NCBI GenBank assembly: GCA_964493145.1
Contig: CAZBMV010000001.1
Coordinates: forward strand, 54,623-118,622
Length of the DNA: 64,000 nucleotides
Direction: 5' to 3'
From: an uncultured Candidatus Saccharibacteria bacterium
GTDB lineage: Bacteria; Patescibacteriota; Minisyncoccia; Phycocordibacterales; UBA918
Shown here: positions 47,932-57,073 of the stretch, piece by piece
Layout of the letters: each line of letters starts with the position of its first letter
How positions within the stretch are numbered: position 1 is the stretch's first letter
Position numbers and translations under genes: made by a program
The notes under the pieces: model-generated
The model's database searches: none
What the model was told of the DNA's origin: nothing
What the model saw: only the letters and a program-made list of their open reading frames with translations

Positions 47932-50199
47932 TTAGAATCTTGAACCTGCCGGAGTACTAAAGAAATTATTAAATGCGTTATTCCCGTGGATCATTTGAAC
48001 ATTTCGTTTAATGTTCGCTCTCGCCGTGTCGTCAATTGAATCATTATCAAGTATTTTTGTGAGTACATTTGCGTTTAGATGCTGCGCTGCTTTAACATCA
48101 GTAAGAATTTGAACAGGAAGATTTGCTCTCTCAGAATCATTACGAATTCTTCCAAACAAACGTGTTGCTGAAGCGGGGGTTGAAACACCTGCGGGCGCAA
48201 ATTCTGTAATAAGTGAAGTGTTTCGGGCATTTTTGAGAACAGATTTTTCGCTGGGGGTGAGGTTCTTCATGTCGTGGATCTGTTTTGATGTCAAGTGACC
48301 GGCATGTTGGACAAGTGTGTTGAAGTCCATTGCATCAAGATCACTTGCATCTGCTTTGCTAATATTCCCAGCATTTCCTCCTGCGCCTCCCGATACCCCA
48401 TGTTTATTTTGAACGTGAATTGAGCGAGCAGAGCGTAATTTCGCTTTCTTCTCATCGTCAAGGTCTTCAGACTTTGCTTTCATTAAGGATTCAAACTGAG
48501 AAGAAGACATATTTTCCACGAGAGCATTATATTCGGGAGTTCCCTCTTTATGTTTTTCAAGAAGTTTCAAAAGTTGTTCATTTGAAGCGTTTGTGATGGA
48601 ACGTTCCATGTCAATTCTTTGTTGGCTTCCAGTAGGTGCCGAATGACCTGCGGCAATATTGGCACCAATATTACTGACTTGGGCACTTTGTGCCCTAGCT
48701 CTCTTAATTTCTTTTGTTTCATCTTTTTTGTCCTTGAATGTTTTACTGCCACCGTAATTACTTTTCGCCGCTTTTGTTGCAACTGCGTTTATTCCAGTGG
48801 CACGCATAGCTAGGGCACCAATTTGCGCGCCTCTAGTATTGCTTTTGCGTAATGAATCCTGTTTGTCGGCGACCCACTGACCAGCACGACCAATCGTGTT
48901 GCGTCCCATCCACCCGGTAGCACCTTTACGAAGATTATCACCGGCGCCAATCATCATTCCCGCACCCTCAACCCCAAGCTTCTTTGCCACGAGTAGAGAT
49001 TGGATGAGGAAGAAAATGATGACGGAAAAGTTTAGGAACATGTAGTATGAATCCGCCTGTTCCCCATTGGTCATCGCTTTCATGAAACTTCCACCTGAAC
49101 CAATAAGGTTGAGCCCACCAATGAGTGTGAGTGAAATGAGTGTGAGAAAAAGGTAAATTGGTGCGAAAAAAGCTTGTGCAAGCAGTTTTCCCCAAAGTGA
49201 GGACGCCATGCTTGCCGTTTTTGGGAAAATAGTTGCGGCAAAAAGAATCGGTGAGGCAACCATAATGAGAATGAGAATCACAAACCGAATCACGAGCAGT
49301 ACCGCAGCAGCGAAGAACACAAATGCCGCAATGAAGAGAACTAATGCGCCGAGAACGTAGAACCAAACCATGCCAGCTTTTGTTACGTTGTTGAAAGTGT
49401 TCGGGTCAGGTGCTTTGAAAATGGTTGTAATTCCAAGACGATCAGCAACAGCAGCGGAAATGGTACCCCCCCCGTCTGTCATGGAGGTATAAATTTGGTA
49501 TGAAGTATAGTTTCCGAAATCAACAACAAATTTCACAATGAAGAGACTGAAGTTGATGAGGAGCGCACCGATGATGATGCGTGAGAGTGTTTGCTTTATA
49601 AAGTGACTATCCGGGTCAATAATGGCTCTGATGCCGAGGTAGATGAATCCGAAAATAAAAGCCAGGTTTGCAAAGTCACGAACGAGTTTCCACGCGTTAT
49701 CTATCGCCAAACCAAATGATTGTGTATTGACCATGTCGCCCATACCAAAAACAAATTTTTGGAGTGCAGCATCAAGAAGCGTCCCTCCTACCCACGTAAA
49801 CGCGGACGCCATTGTGAGAATGAGGTTACCGATGTACTGACCAACTTGTGACCAAAAACCACCGTCCTCTTTTTTCTTGTCTTTCGCTGTAGCAGCTTGG
49901 TTTTTTGCTTCCGCTTCTCTCCGCACCTCTTCTTGCCACTGTTGGTTGAGGGCGTCGTTTTCAGCCTGTCTTTCATCATAAGTCTGTGTATCGTTTTGAT
50001 CTGCGATAGCGCCAAGATCTACATTTGAGGTATCAACCCCTTGAGTATTGCCGCGCGTATAGTCAACAGCAGTAGGATCAGCGTCTTGAGCAAAACCAAC
50101 ACGCACCATTCCAAAAAAAGAAAAGAGGAAAAGAAGTGCAATCGCCAAAAGGGTTGTTCTCTCCCCGAGCGTATTTTTTTGTTGATGCAGAGAAGTCAT
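47932..50199 (-). CDS. TrbL/VirB6-like polytopic membrane protein with long C-terminal domain
   Basis: W.LVRDFAN, ALLINFSLFI..VVD..N, FFAPIYLF; multiple TM; start placed at MTSLHQ. Confidence 0.7.
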   Translation of the reverse strand: MTSLHQQKNTLGERTTLLAIALLFLFSFFGMVRVGFAQDADPTAVDYTRGNTQGVDTSNVDLGAIADQNDTQTYDERQAENDALNQQWQEEVRREAEAKNQAATAKDKKKEDGGFWSQVGQYIGNLILTMASAFTWVGGTLLDAALQKFVFGMGDMVNTQSFGLAIDNAWKLVRDFANLAFIFGFIYLGIRAIIDPDSHFIKQTLSRIIIGALLINFSLFIVKFVVDFGNYTSYQIYTSMTDGGGTISAAVADRLGITTIFKAPDPNTFNNVTKAGMVWFYVLGALVLFIAAFVFFAAAVLLVIRFVILILIMVASPILFAATIFPKTASMASSLWGKLLAQAFFAPIYLFLTLISLTLIGGLNLIGSGGSFMKAMTNGEQADSYYMFLNFSVIIFFLIQSLLVAKKLGVEGAGMMIGAGDNLRKGATGWMGRNTIGRAGQWVADKQDSLRKSNTRGAQIGALAMRATGINAVATKAAKSNYGGSKTFKDKKDETKEIKRARAQSAQVSNIGANIAAGHSAPTGSQQRIDMERSITNASNEQLLKLLEKHKEGTPEYNALVENMSSSQFESLMKAKSEDLDDEKKAKLRSARSIHVQNKHGVSGGAGGNAGNISKADASDLDAMDFNTLVQHAGHLTSKQIHDMKNLTPSEKSVLKNARNTSLITEFAPAGVSTPASATRLFGRIRNDSERANLPVQILTDVKAAQHLNANVLTKILDNDSIDDTARANIKRNVQMIHGNNAFNNFFSTPAGSRF

Positions 50200-50200
50200 A

Positions 50201-51706
50201 TTAGAAATTTGTCTCCTGACATGCGTTATCAATGGAACCGGTGAAGGACGAAATTTCGGTTTGCAAGTTCGGAATGGTTTGCAATTCAACGGACACGAGT
50301 TGTGGAGCGGAATGCAAATTATTTCCGTCGCGGAACGCCATAAATCGTTCCATAATACGTGATTGTGCTGCGGGGATTGATGTTGCATTGTACTTTTCAA
50401 GGAGTGAGTTTATCGTCGCACCGGGAGTTGATGAATTTTCCAGTGCAGAGTAATCGGCGAGCCAGACGTTAAGTGTTGCAATAACTGTTTGCGCTGAAGC
50501 AATCGCAGTTTGCGCTGAGCTCAGTTGACTTTGGAGCGACGAGGTGAGGTTGCCGGGGGTACAGACCTCGTACACCTCATTTCCGCTATCGTCGGTTGTT
50601 GTCGCTCCGGGGTACACTCGTTCTCGGTACGTTGAGGCATCAGTGATGAGATTGACAATTTGTTGCTGAAGACCGAGGTAGCGTTCCTCATTTGTTATGG
50701 CGGTTCTCAGTGCGGAGTTTGCACCCTCAGAAGCACCGGTAACATCGGTTGAATCTTGCATTGGCTCATCACGCATTCGGTCAAAGTAATCTCCGGAAGA
50801 ACCGTTCCCCGGTTCGGTGAGACCGAGGAGCCCACCGACACCACCTAACGCTTCACCTACGAGTTGTGCAAAGAGAGCTCCGACGAGCTCATTGATCTCA
50901 TCCGCGGCAGCAATTCGTTGGTTCGTAAGACCCAGAGCACTGTTTAATTGGTCTTCAATAACAGAACCGGGAGTGATAATGTTTCCATAATCGTCTTCCC
51001 TGGAGAGAAATCCCTTACCAAACTCAAGAAGTTTAATTTCTTGCCCCTGCGCATTGCTGATGCTTGCGTACATTGCCGTGTTTGCCTCAAGGTATGCACT
51101 GTATGGGTTGTTCCCCGGCATGAGTGCCATTTCGTACCACCCATCCCAGCCACCCGCGAGGAAGTTTCCGTTCATAAAACTTTCCATATTGCTCACGACG
51201 CCACTCAGCGTACATTGCGCTTGGTAGTTGCGACGTTGGTTGTACTGCATCTGGAGTGCAAGTTGAACGTTAAGCTTAAACGGCGAACAGAGAAACTTGA
51301 GCGGTGAACCCCAAATGAAATCACCCGCTACTCTGTCAGCGATATTCATGAGGAATCCCTCAAGGTCGGTCACAAAGGCGGGGCTCCCCTGAAAGCCCGA
51401 GTTCACCCACTTGGTCGTACTCTTGATCATTTGTTGAATAGTGAGGTTGACGAGTTGCCACGCGATTTTATCAAGGACATACTCCTTTGTCGCCAGACTT
51501 TGAATGGAGGCGGACGTTATGGCATCAAACGCCGCGGAGATTGCACTTTGCACCCACGCGCCTATTTCTCCGACGATATTATCATCAAACGAGTGCGCCT
51601 TTTGAACCGTTAACGACTGCGAGACCGGAGCAAAAACAAAACTTGAAACAAGAACAAAGGAGGTGGCGATGAGGGTTACTTTTTTAAGAAATGAAGGCGA
51701 CATCAT
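50201..51706 (-). CDS. Secreted/membrane hypothetical protein of the T4SS-like locus
   Basis: Signal peptide; WVNSGFQGSPAFV, LCSPF, CTLS, GGWDGW, TPG motifs. Confidence 0.75.
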   Translation of the reverse strand: MMSPSFLKKVTLIATSFVLVSSFVFAPVSQSLTVQKAHSFDDNIVGEIGAWVQSAISAAFDAITSASIQSLATKEYVLDKIAWQLVNLTIQQMIKSTTKWVNSGFQGSPAFVTDLEGFLMNIADRVAGDFIWGSPLKFLCSPFKLNVQLALQMQYNQRRNYQAQCTLSGVVSNMESFMNGNFLAGGWDGWYEMALMPGNNPYSAYLEANTAMYASISNAQGQEIKLLEFGKGFLSREDDYGNIITPGSVIEDQLNSALGLTNQRIAAADEINELVGALFAQLVGEALGGVGGLLGLTEPGNGSSGDYFDRMRDEPMQDSTDVTGASEGANSALRTAITNEERYLGLQQQIVNLITDASTYRERVYPGATTTDDSGNEVYEVCTPGNLTSSLQSQLSSAQTAIASAQTVIATLNVWLADYSALENSSTPGATINSLLEKYNATSIPAAQSRIMERFMAFRDGNNLHSAPQLVSVELQTIPNLQTEISSFTGSIDNACQETNF

Positions 51707-52575
51707 ATGTCAAAAAGATAAAAGAACGCGCCGAGTTCGTCGTTTGCATAGGTAATACCGTTTTCACCGAGAGCTTCGCCCATAGCCTTGAAGGAATTTG
51801 CCATAGCGGTTACATCATCATAGTACTTTCGTACGCGCGCGAGGGCGTAGAGTGGGTCATCAAACGCCTTTTCCATTGCTTCTATGTCGGTGAGAATTGC
51901 TTCGTACGCATTGAGGAGCGCGAGGTGTTCATTGACGAACGAATCCGGCACGCTCATTTTAAGCATGTCATTAATCATGCCGACGTACGCCTCGCGTATG
52001 GGTGCGAGTTTTGCGAGCACGGCGGGGTCGTTCGTATCAAGCGCTTGTTTTAAAATTGTCACCTCATTCACCCCTCCCGTTTGATACTTCACGACGATTT
52101 CCGGTATGCGATTTCCATACTCGCGCATCGCTTCAAAGGTCGCAGGAACGATGGTGAGTTCAAGACGAGAGCGACGTTTGCTCTGTGTGTTTTCTTCAAT
52201 GGCGGTGACGGCATTCCCGACGAGCAGAGACGGGTCGCTGAAATCTTGACCGTTTATTTTCCCCTGAAGGTAGTCTTGAAAAAATGCTTCAGAAAATTTT
52301 CCCGTGAAGGTGGTTGGTTCCTCGTACGGTTCCGCACCCTCTGCTTCATTGTTTGGCGCGGGTGGCGTTATTGCTTTGATACCAAGACTTTCCTCCCAAT
52401 CTTTAATGCCATCATTGTCCGAGTCGGTCGCTTCAATATACGTTCGTTCGGGTGCCACCGCGACGACGACTTGTGCTTCCTGTGGTTGTGCCGTCGTCGC
52501 ATTCACGTGCAAAGCGCCAAGGATGATGACGATCCCCATTGCGACTGCTCCTCCTATACGAATACTCCCTTTCAC
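51703..52575 (-). CDS. Membrane-anchored protein with DSDNDG..DWEE Ca-binding-like motif
   Basis: N-terminal TM; TDSDNDGIKDWEE; GTG start. Confidence 0.7.
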   Translation of the reverse strand: MKGSIRIGGAVAMGIVIILGALHVNATTAQPQEAQVVVAVAPERTYIEATDSDNDGIKDWEESLGIKAITPPAPNNEAEGAEPYEEPTTFTGKFSEAFFQDYLQGKINGQDFSDPSLLVGNAVTAIEENTQSKRRSRLELTIVPATFEAMREYGNRIPEIVVKYQTGGVNEVTILKQALDTNDPAVLAKLAPIREAYVGMINDMLKMSVPDSFVNEHLALLNAYEAILTDIEAMEKAFDDPLYALARVRKYYDDVTAMANSFKAMGEALGENGITYANDELGAFFYLFDI

Positions 52576-52649
52576 ACGAAGGTGGATTACTCATGTAGTA
52601 TAGCAAGATGTGTGTAAAAACATGTGATTTTTGTGCACACAACGTGTGG

Positions 52650-53531
52650 TTAACTCTGTGGAGAGAGAGGTTGATTTTGATGTGTGTAGAGTTTGTGCGC
52701 GAGCGCGAGCCACTTCTCAAGAGGAACGTCTTCCCCGCGGACGTCTTCCCTAAGGCCGAGTGTGGAAAAAGTGGGGGTAAGAACATCGCGCGCAACCATA
52801 CCGGAAAGATTTCCAATGAGTTGCTTCCGCCTTGACTTGAACCCACAGTGGAGCACCGAGAAGAAAAATTCCTGAAAAGAAGGTGTCTCCCCCGCATTCC
52901 CTAGGGTTCCCCTAGGGAATGCGGGGGGAGACAGGCGGTCTTTTGAAATGTGCTGAACTGCGAGAATGGCCGAATCAATCTTTGGAGGAGGCATGAAATT
53001 GCCTTTTGTGACGGTTTTTACGTACCGTGGTTCACCAAAAACCTTTACAGAGAGCGACAAAACCGACTCCTTCTCGCTTCGTGCAATGCGCTCGGCGACC
53101 TCTTTTTGTACAAGAAAAACGAGAGTTAATGGGGGTATGTCATGCTCAAGAAAATGGCGAAAAAGAAAGCCGGAAATGTAGTAGGGGATGTTTGCTATGA
53201 GTTTGTAGGCACTCGGCCGAAGGCCGAGTGCCCCGAGGTCAACATTCCGTACATCATCATGCACAATAACAAGCTTTTTAGCCGTAATTTCCTCCTCAAA
53301 GGTTTTTTGAAGTGCTTCAACGGCACGTATGTCTGCCTCTATGGCGACAACATTTGCCCCACGAATGAGAAGTTCACGAGTGAGCATGCCGGTCCCGGGG
53401 CCTACCTCAAGCACTACATCACCCCTTTTTACCTCTCCCGCTTCCGCCATTGCCTCTGAAATACGGGGATTTTTGAGAAAATGCTGCCCCAAAGACTTTT
53501 TTGCATCAATCTTTCCTATCCTTTTTTTCAT
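52650..53531 (-). CDS. rsmA: 16S rRNA adenine dimethyltransferase
   Basis: KKSLGQHFL, LEVGPGTG, ANIPYYI, QKEVAERI, PPPKIDS. Confidence 0.96.
   Translation of the reverse strand: MKKRIGKIDAKKSLGQHFLKNPRISEAMAEAGEVKRGDVVLEVGPGTGMLTRELLIRGANVVAIEADIRAVEALQKTFEEEITAKKLVIVHDDVRNVDLGALGLRPSAYKLIANIPYYISGFLFRHFLEHDIPPLTLVFLVQKEVAERIARSEKESVLSLSVKVFGEPRYVKTVTKGNFMPPPKIDSAILAVQHISKDRLSPPAFPRGTLGNAGETPSFQEFFFSVLHCGFKSRRKQLIGNLSGMVARDVLTPTFSTLGLREDVRGEDVPLEKWLALAHKLYTHQNQPLSPQS
52884..52933. repeat. GC-rich hairpin within rsmA coding sequence
   Basis: TGTCTCCCCCGCATTCCCTAGGG-TTC-CCCTAGGGAATGCGGGGGGAGACA. Confidence 0.85.
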
Positions 53532-53585
53532 AAAGACAGTATAGGTGTAGGGATATCAAACTGCAAAACATAAACGTAAGCTCAC

Positions 53586-53639
53586 TTCCGCCGCTTATAT
53601 TATAATTCCCCATGGGGAATTATAATATAAGCGGCGGAA
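53586..53639. repeat. 54-bp perfect palindrome (family copy C)
   Basis: TTCCGCCGCTTATATTATAATTCCCCATGGGGAATTATAATATAAGCGGCGGAA. Confidence 0.95.
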
Positions 53640-53640
53640 A

Positions 53641-55593
53641 CTAATCCAAGTACACCGTCCGTTCATAGCCGGATTCGCTCGGGTTTGTACTCTCAAGGAG
53701 TTCTTCGCGGATGTCGCGCAAAAAAGAAGACGGGGCGTTGACGCGTTGGCTTCCAAAAATAGTACGCATGTGCGCGTAGGAGAGAAAAACCTTTTTTTGC
53801 GCGCGCGTGAGCGCAACGTAAAAGAGGCGGCGCTCCTCTTCTTCATCAACACCCTCGTCACTCAAGCGCTCGTGTGGGAAGAGACCATCTTCAAGTCCGG
53901 TGATGAATACGTACGGGAACTCAAGACCTTTGGATGCGTGGATGGTCATGAGACGTACCGCGTCCAGTTCGTCCTTGTCTTTGAGTTCATCCTGGTCGCT
54001 CCCGAGTGCGGAATCTTCAAGGAGGTGCTCTATCGCTTCTTCGGGTTCATACTCGCAATACTTCGTTCCGAGGGAGACGAGTTCGCGTACGTTTTCAAGA
54101 CGTTCAAGCCCCTCTTCTCCATTCTGTCGATACTCCCCCTCCATCCCCGTTCGTTTCATGATGAACGCGAGCGTCTCGTGGACGGGATGACCTTTCGCGT
54201 ACGTCGCGATTTCATCTATGAGTGCATAAAACGCGTCAACTTTCTCACGCGTTTTTGCAGGAAGATCATCGCGCTTCCCCTCCACCACCTTGAGAACGGT
54301 TACCTTGCCTATGCCCCGCGGAGGTGTGTTGATGATACGTACCAGGTCCCCCGTTCCTTCCGGGTTGAGCGCAAAGCGCAGGAACGCGAGAACATCCTTC
54401 ACCTCCTTCCGTTCAAAAAACTTCGTGCCGAGCATTTGGTACGGCACATCGTAGTTGATGAAGGCTTCCTCAAGCGCACGCGACTGAAAGTTGGTACGGA
54501 AGAGAACGGCGATGTGCGAAGGAGACACCCCTTTTTTTATGAGGTCCTTTGCGGTCATGGCAACGTACTCCGCCTCCTCCTGTCCTCCCATCGCGGCGTA
54601 AAGCGAAATGAGTTCCCCGGGGTGATTTTTTGTAAACACTTTTTTCAGAGGGCGGTTCACATTCTTTCCGATGATGTCATTGGACGCCGCAATGATGGTT
54701 TGCGTGGAGCGGTAGTTTTCCTCCAGCATGATTATTTTTGCCTGTGGAAAGTGACGTTCAAATTGCAAAATATTTTTGATGTCAGCACCCCTCCACGAGT
54801 AAATGTTTTGATCCACGTCACCAACGACGCAGAGGTTTGCGCGCTCTCCCACAATGAGCCGTGCAATTTCATACTGGACACGGTTCGTGTCTTGGTACTC
54901 GTCTATGTGGACGTACGTAAAGCGATCGCGGTACTCGGCAACAATTTCGGGGTGACTCTTGAGCATGGAAAGCGTCTTTGCGAGGAGGTCATCAAAATCA
55001 AGTGCGTGTTCGTCTTTGAGAATCGTGTCGTAGTGCGCCCACACTTCCGCCGCCACACGCTCAGGGTACGTGCGGCTTTCTCCCGCGAAGTCGCTACGTG
55101 TCTGTGCGTCTCCCTTCGCGCGTGAAATAATGGAAAGAATTTTACGCGGTTCAAACTGTTTTGGGTCGTGCCCCGCGCGCTCCATCGCCTTTTTTATCGC
55201 ACCTATGGAGTCACTGCGATCGTATATGGCGAACTGCTTTTTGAGTCCGAACACCCCATGGTGCTCTCTGAGCATACGAACGCCGAGAGAGTGGAAGGTA
55301 GTCACGAGGGGGACACCGCCATCGGTACTGCGTGCGCTCCCGTGAAACACCTCTATAAGGTGCATGACACGTTCGCGCATTTCTTTTGCCGCTTTGTTGG
55401 TAAAGGTGACGGCGAGAATTCGCTCAGGTGGTATACCGCTCAGTATGAGGTGGATGATGCGGTGCGTGATGACTCTCGTTTTCCCTGAGCCGGCACCCGC
55501 GAGCACGAGAAGCGGACCCTCGGTTGTCATCACCGCATTTTTTTGTGCCTCGTTGAGACCTTCAAGGTGTTTTTTGGAAAAAGTGTCGTCCAT
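53641..55593 (-). CDS. pcrA: UvrD/PcrA ATP-dependent helicase
   Basis: AGAGSGKT, TFTNKAA, DEYQDTN, VGDVDQNIY, NYRST, TIHASKGLEF, EERRLFYVALTRA. Confidence 0.93.
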   Translation of the reverse strand: MDDTFSKKHLEGLNEAQKNAVMTTEGPLLVLAGAGSGKTRVITHRIIHLILSGIPPERILAVTFTNKAAKEMRERVMHLIEVFHGSARSTDGGVPLVTTFHSLGVRMLREHHGVFGLKKQFAIYDRSDSIGAIKKAMERAGHDPKQFEPRKILSIISRAKGDAQTRSDFAGESRTYPERVAAEVWAHYDTILKDEHALDFDDLLAKTLSMLKSHPEIVAEYRDRFTYVHIDEYQDTNRVQYEIARLIVGERANLCVVGDVDQNIYSWRGADIKNILQFERHFPQAKIIMLEENYRSTQTIIAASNDIIGKNVNRPLKKVFTKNHPGELISLYAAMGGQEEAEYVAMTAKDLIKKGVSPSHIAVLFRTNFQSRALEEAFINYDVPYQMLGTKFFERKEVKDVLAFLRFALNPEGTGDLVRIINTPPRGIGKVTVLKVVEGKRDDLPAKTREKVDAFYALIDEIATYAKGHPVHETLAFIMKRTGMEGEYRQNGEEGLERLENVRELVSLGTKYCEYEPEEAIEHLLEDSALGSDQDELKDKDELDAVRLMTIHASKGLEFPYVFITGLEDGLFPHERLSDEGVDEEEERRLFYVALTRAQKKVFLSYAHMRTIFGSQRVNAPSSFLRDIREELLESTNPSESGYERTVYLD

Positions 55594-55633
55594 TCGGCAT
55601 CAACTATACCACGGGGTCCTCAGGGGGAGATTT

Positions 55634-55642
55634 TGTGGATAA
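55634..55642 (-). promoter_or_regulatory. Perfect DnaA box upstream of pcrA
   Basis: TGTGGATAA, the reverse complement of TTATCCACA. Confidence 0.4.
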
Positions 55643-55759
55643 AAGAGAGGGAGAAATATTACACAATAAAAAAACACCCTGTAAATACTCCAAAAATGCT
55701 TGTTTTGAGGGCTTAAACTACCCTCACCAGCGCACTGTGGAAAAGGCAAAAAAGCAAGG

Positions 55760-55787
55760 TTGACCCCCCTTCTCCCTCCGCTATCAT
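55760..55787 (+). promoter_or_regulatory. Sigma70-like promoter for the LysM/M23 gene
   Basis: TTGACC-16 nt-TATCAT. Confidence 0.5.
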
Positions 55788-56002
55788 GGTAATCGTACCC
55801 TCAAATGAGGATACCGCATGGAGCGTCAATGACCGCTCTTTTTGTTTCAGGCAGACGCCTCACACTTCGCGATACATAATAATGTGTGAGACTAAGCTTC
55901 CCGATTGACCGTAGTGGATGAATTGCGGTGAGACCATAACACACGTATATAAAACAGTTTTTCAAGGACTCTTTTTCACCAAGGATACAAAATGGTGAAA
56001 GG

Positions 56003-57037
56003 ATGACATACATTCATACTCCGTGGTTCGCTCTGGAACTCGGAATTTTTGCTGTGGCGGTTGTTCTTCCCCTCTCGGTCTCGGCTGGCTTCCTAGCCCC
56101 ATTCTTTGGTACGGCGTCAGCAGATACTGAGGAGTGGGCTCCGATGTCTACTCGCACAAACTCACAAACGGTACCCCTCCTCCGTGCCGCACTCAACATT
56201 GATCCGAATCCTGCGAAAGGAGGGGGTGACATCATCATTTCAGAGGGTGCACTCGTTGCGAATGGTGACATTGACGGAGTCGGTGATGTGGCAAACACAA
56301 AAACCATGAATGGCGAGATTAGCGTGTACGTTGTTCGCGAGGGAGACACGCTCTCGCAGATTGCGCAGATGTTTGATATCAGTTCAAAGACGATTCTCTG
56401 GGCAAATGACATTTCAAATCCCTCAAAAATTCGCCCCGGCGACTCACTCCTCATCCTTCCGATTACCGGCGTGCGCCACGTGGTAAAGAAGGGAGACACT
56501 ATTGCATCAATCGCGAAAAAGTACGAGGGTGATGTGGATGACATTCTCGCGTACAATCAGCTCGCGTCGGCAAACGATGTGAGTGTTGGTGACACGATCG
56601 TTGTTCCGGGTGGTACGATTGCGACTCCCGCACCAGCGAAGAAGACCGCGCCATCGTACGCGGGGAGCAGGATTGTGGCAACAGGAAACGGTAGTTCGGG
56701 ATACACACATCCACTCCCAGGAGCGGTACGCACCCAAGGGCTCCACGGATACAACGGTGTTGATTACGGGGCGCCTGCAGGCACACCTATATACGCAGCT
56801 GCGGATGGAGAGGTCATCGTTGCAAAAAATTCGGGATGGAATGGAGGGTACGGGCTCTACGTTGTCGTGAAGCATGCGAACGGCACACAAACCCTCTACG
56901 CGCACAACTCACGAAATGCGGTCGCCGTAGGAGAGGTTGTCTCGGCGGGACAGGTTATCGGATACGTCGGAAGCACCGGTAAGTCTACGGGTAATCATCT
57001 CCACTTTGAGGTACGTGGTGCGAAAAATCCTTTCTAA
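56003..57037 (+). CDS. LysM-LysM-M23 peptidoglycan endopeptidase
   Basis: Two LysM domains (YVVREGDTL, HVVKKGDTI); M23 HGYNGVD, LYAH, STGNHLHFE. Confidence 0.93.
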   Translation: MTYIHTPWFALELGIFAVAVVLPLSVSAGFLAPFFGTASADTEEWAPMSTRTNSQTVPLLRAALNIDPNPAKGGGDIIISEGALVANGDIDGVGDVANTKTMNGEISVYVVREGDTLSQIAQMFDISSKTILWANDISNPSKIRPGDSLLILPITGVRHVVKKGDTIASIAKKYEGDVDDILAYNQLASANDVSVGDTIVVPGGTIATPAPAKKTAPSYAGSRIVATGNGSSGYTHPLPGAVRTQGLHGYNGVDYGAPAGTPIYAAADGEVIVAKNSGWNGGYGLYVVVKHANGTQTLYAHNSRNAVAVGEVVSAGQVIGYVGSTGKSTGNHLHFEVRGAKNPF

Positions 57038-57073
57038 ATCCGGAAACGCCGCGGCTTCACCCACGGCGTTTTG

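Noticed and set aside
40102-53639. Protelomerase (telRL-type) or loxP/dif recombination sites
   Set aside because: Sizes are similar, but multiple internal copies would fragment the chromosome, no tyrosine recombinase or protelomerase is in the window, and the cores are symmetric, unlike the directional loxP spacer. Kept only as an analogy.
53746-55125. Long plus-strand ORF (459 aa) and similar antisense ORFs at 1687-2589, 23542-24231 and 62716-63720
   Set aside because: They are shadows of well-supported opposite-strand genes (pcrA, nrdA, polA, comM/dksA region) with no recognisable motifs.
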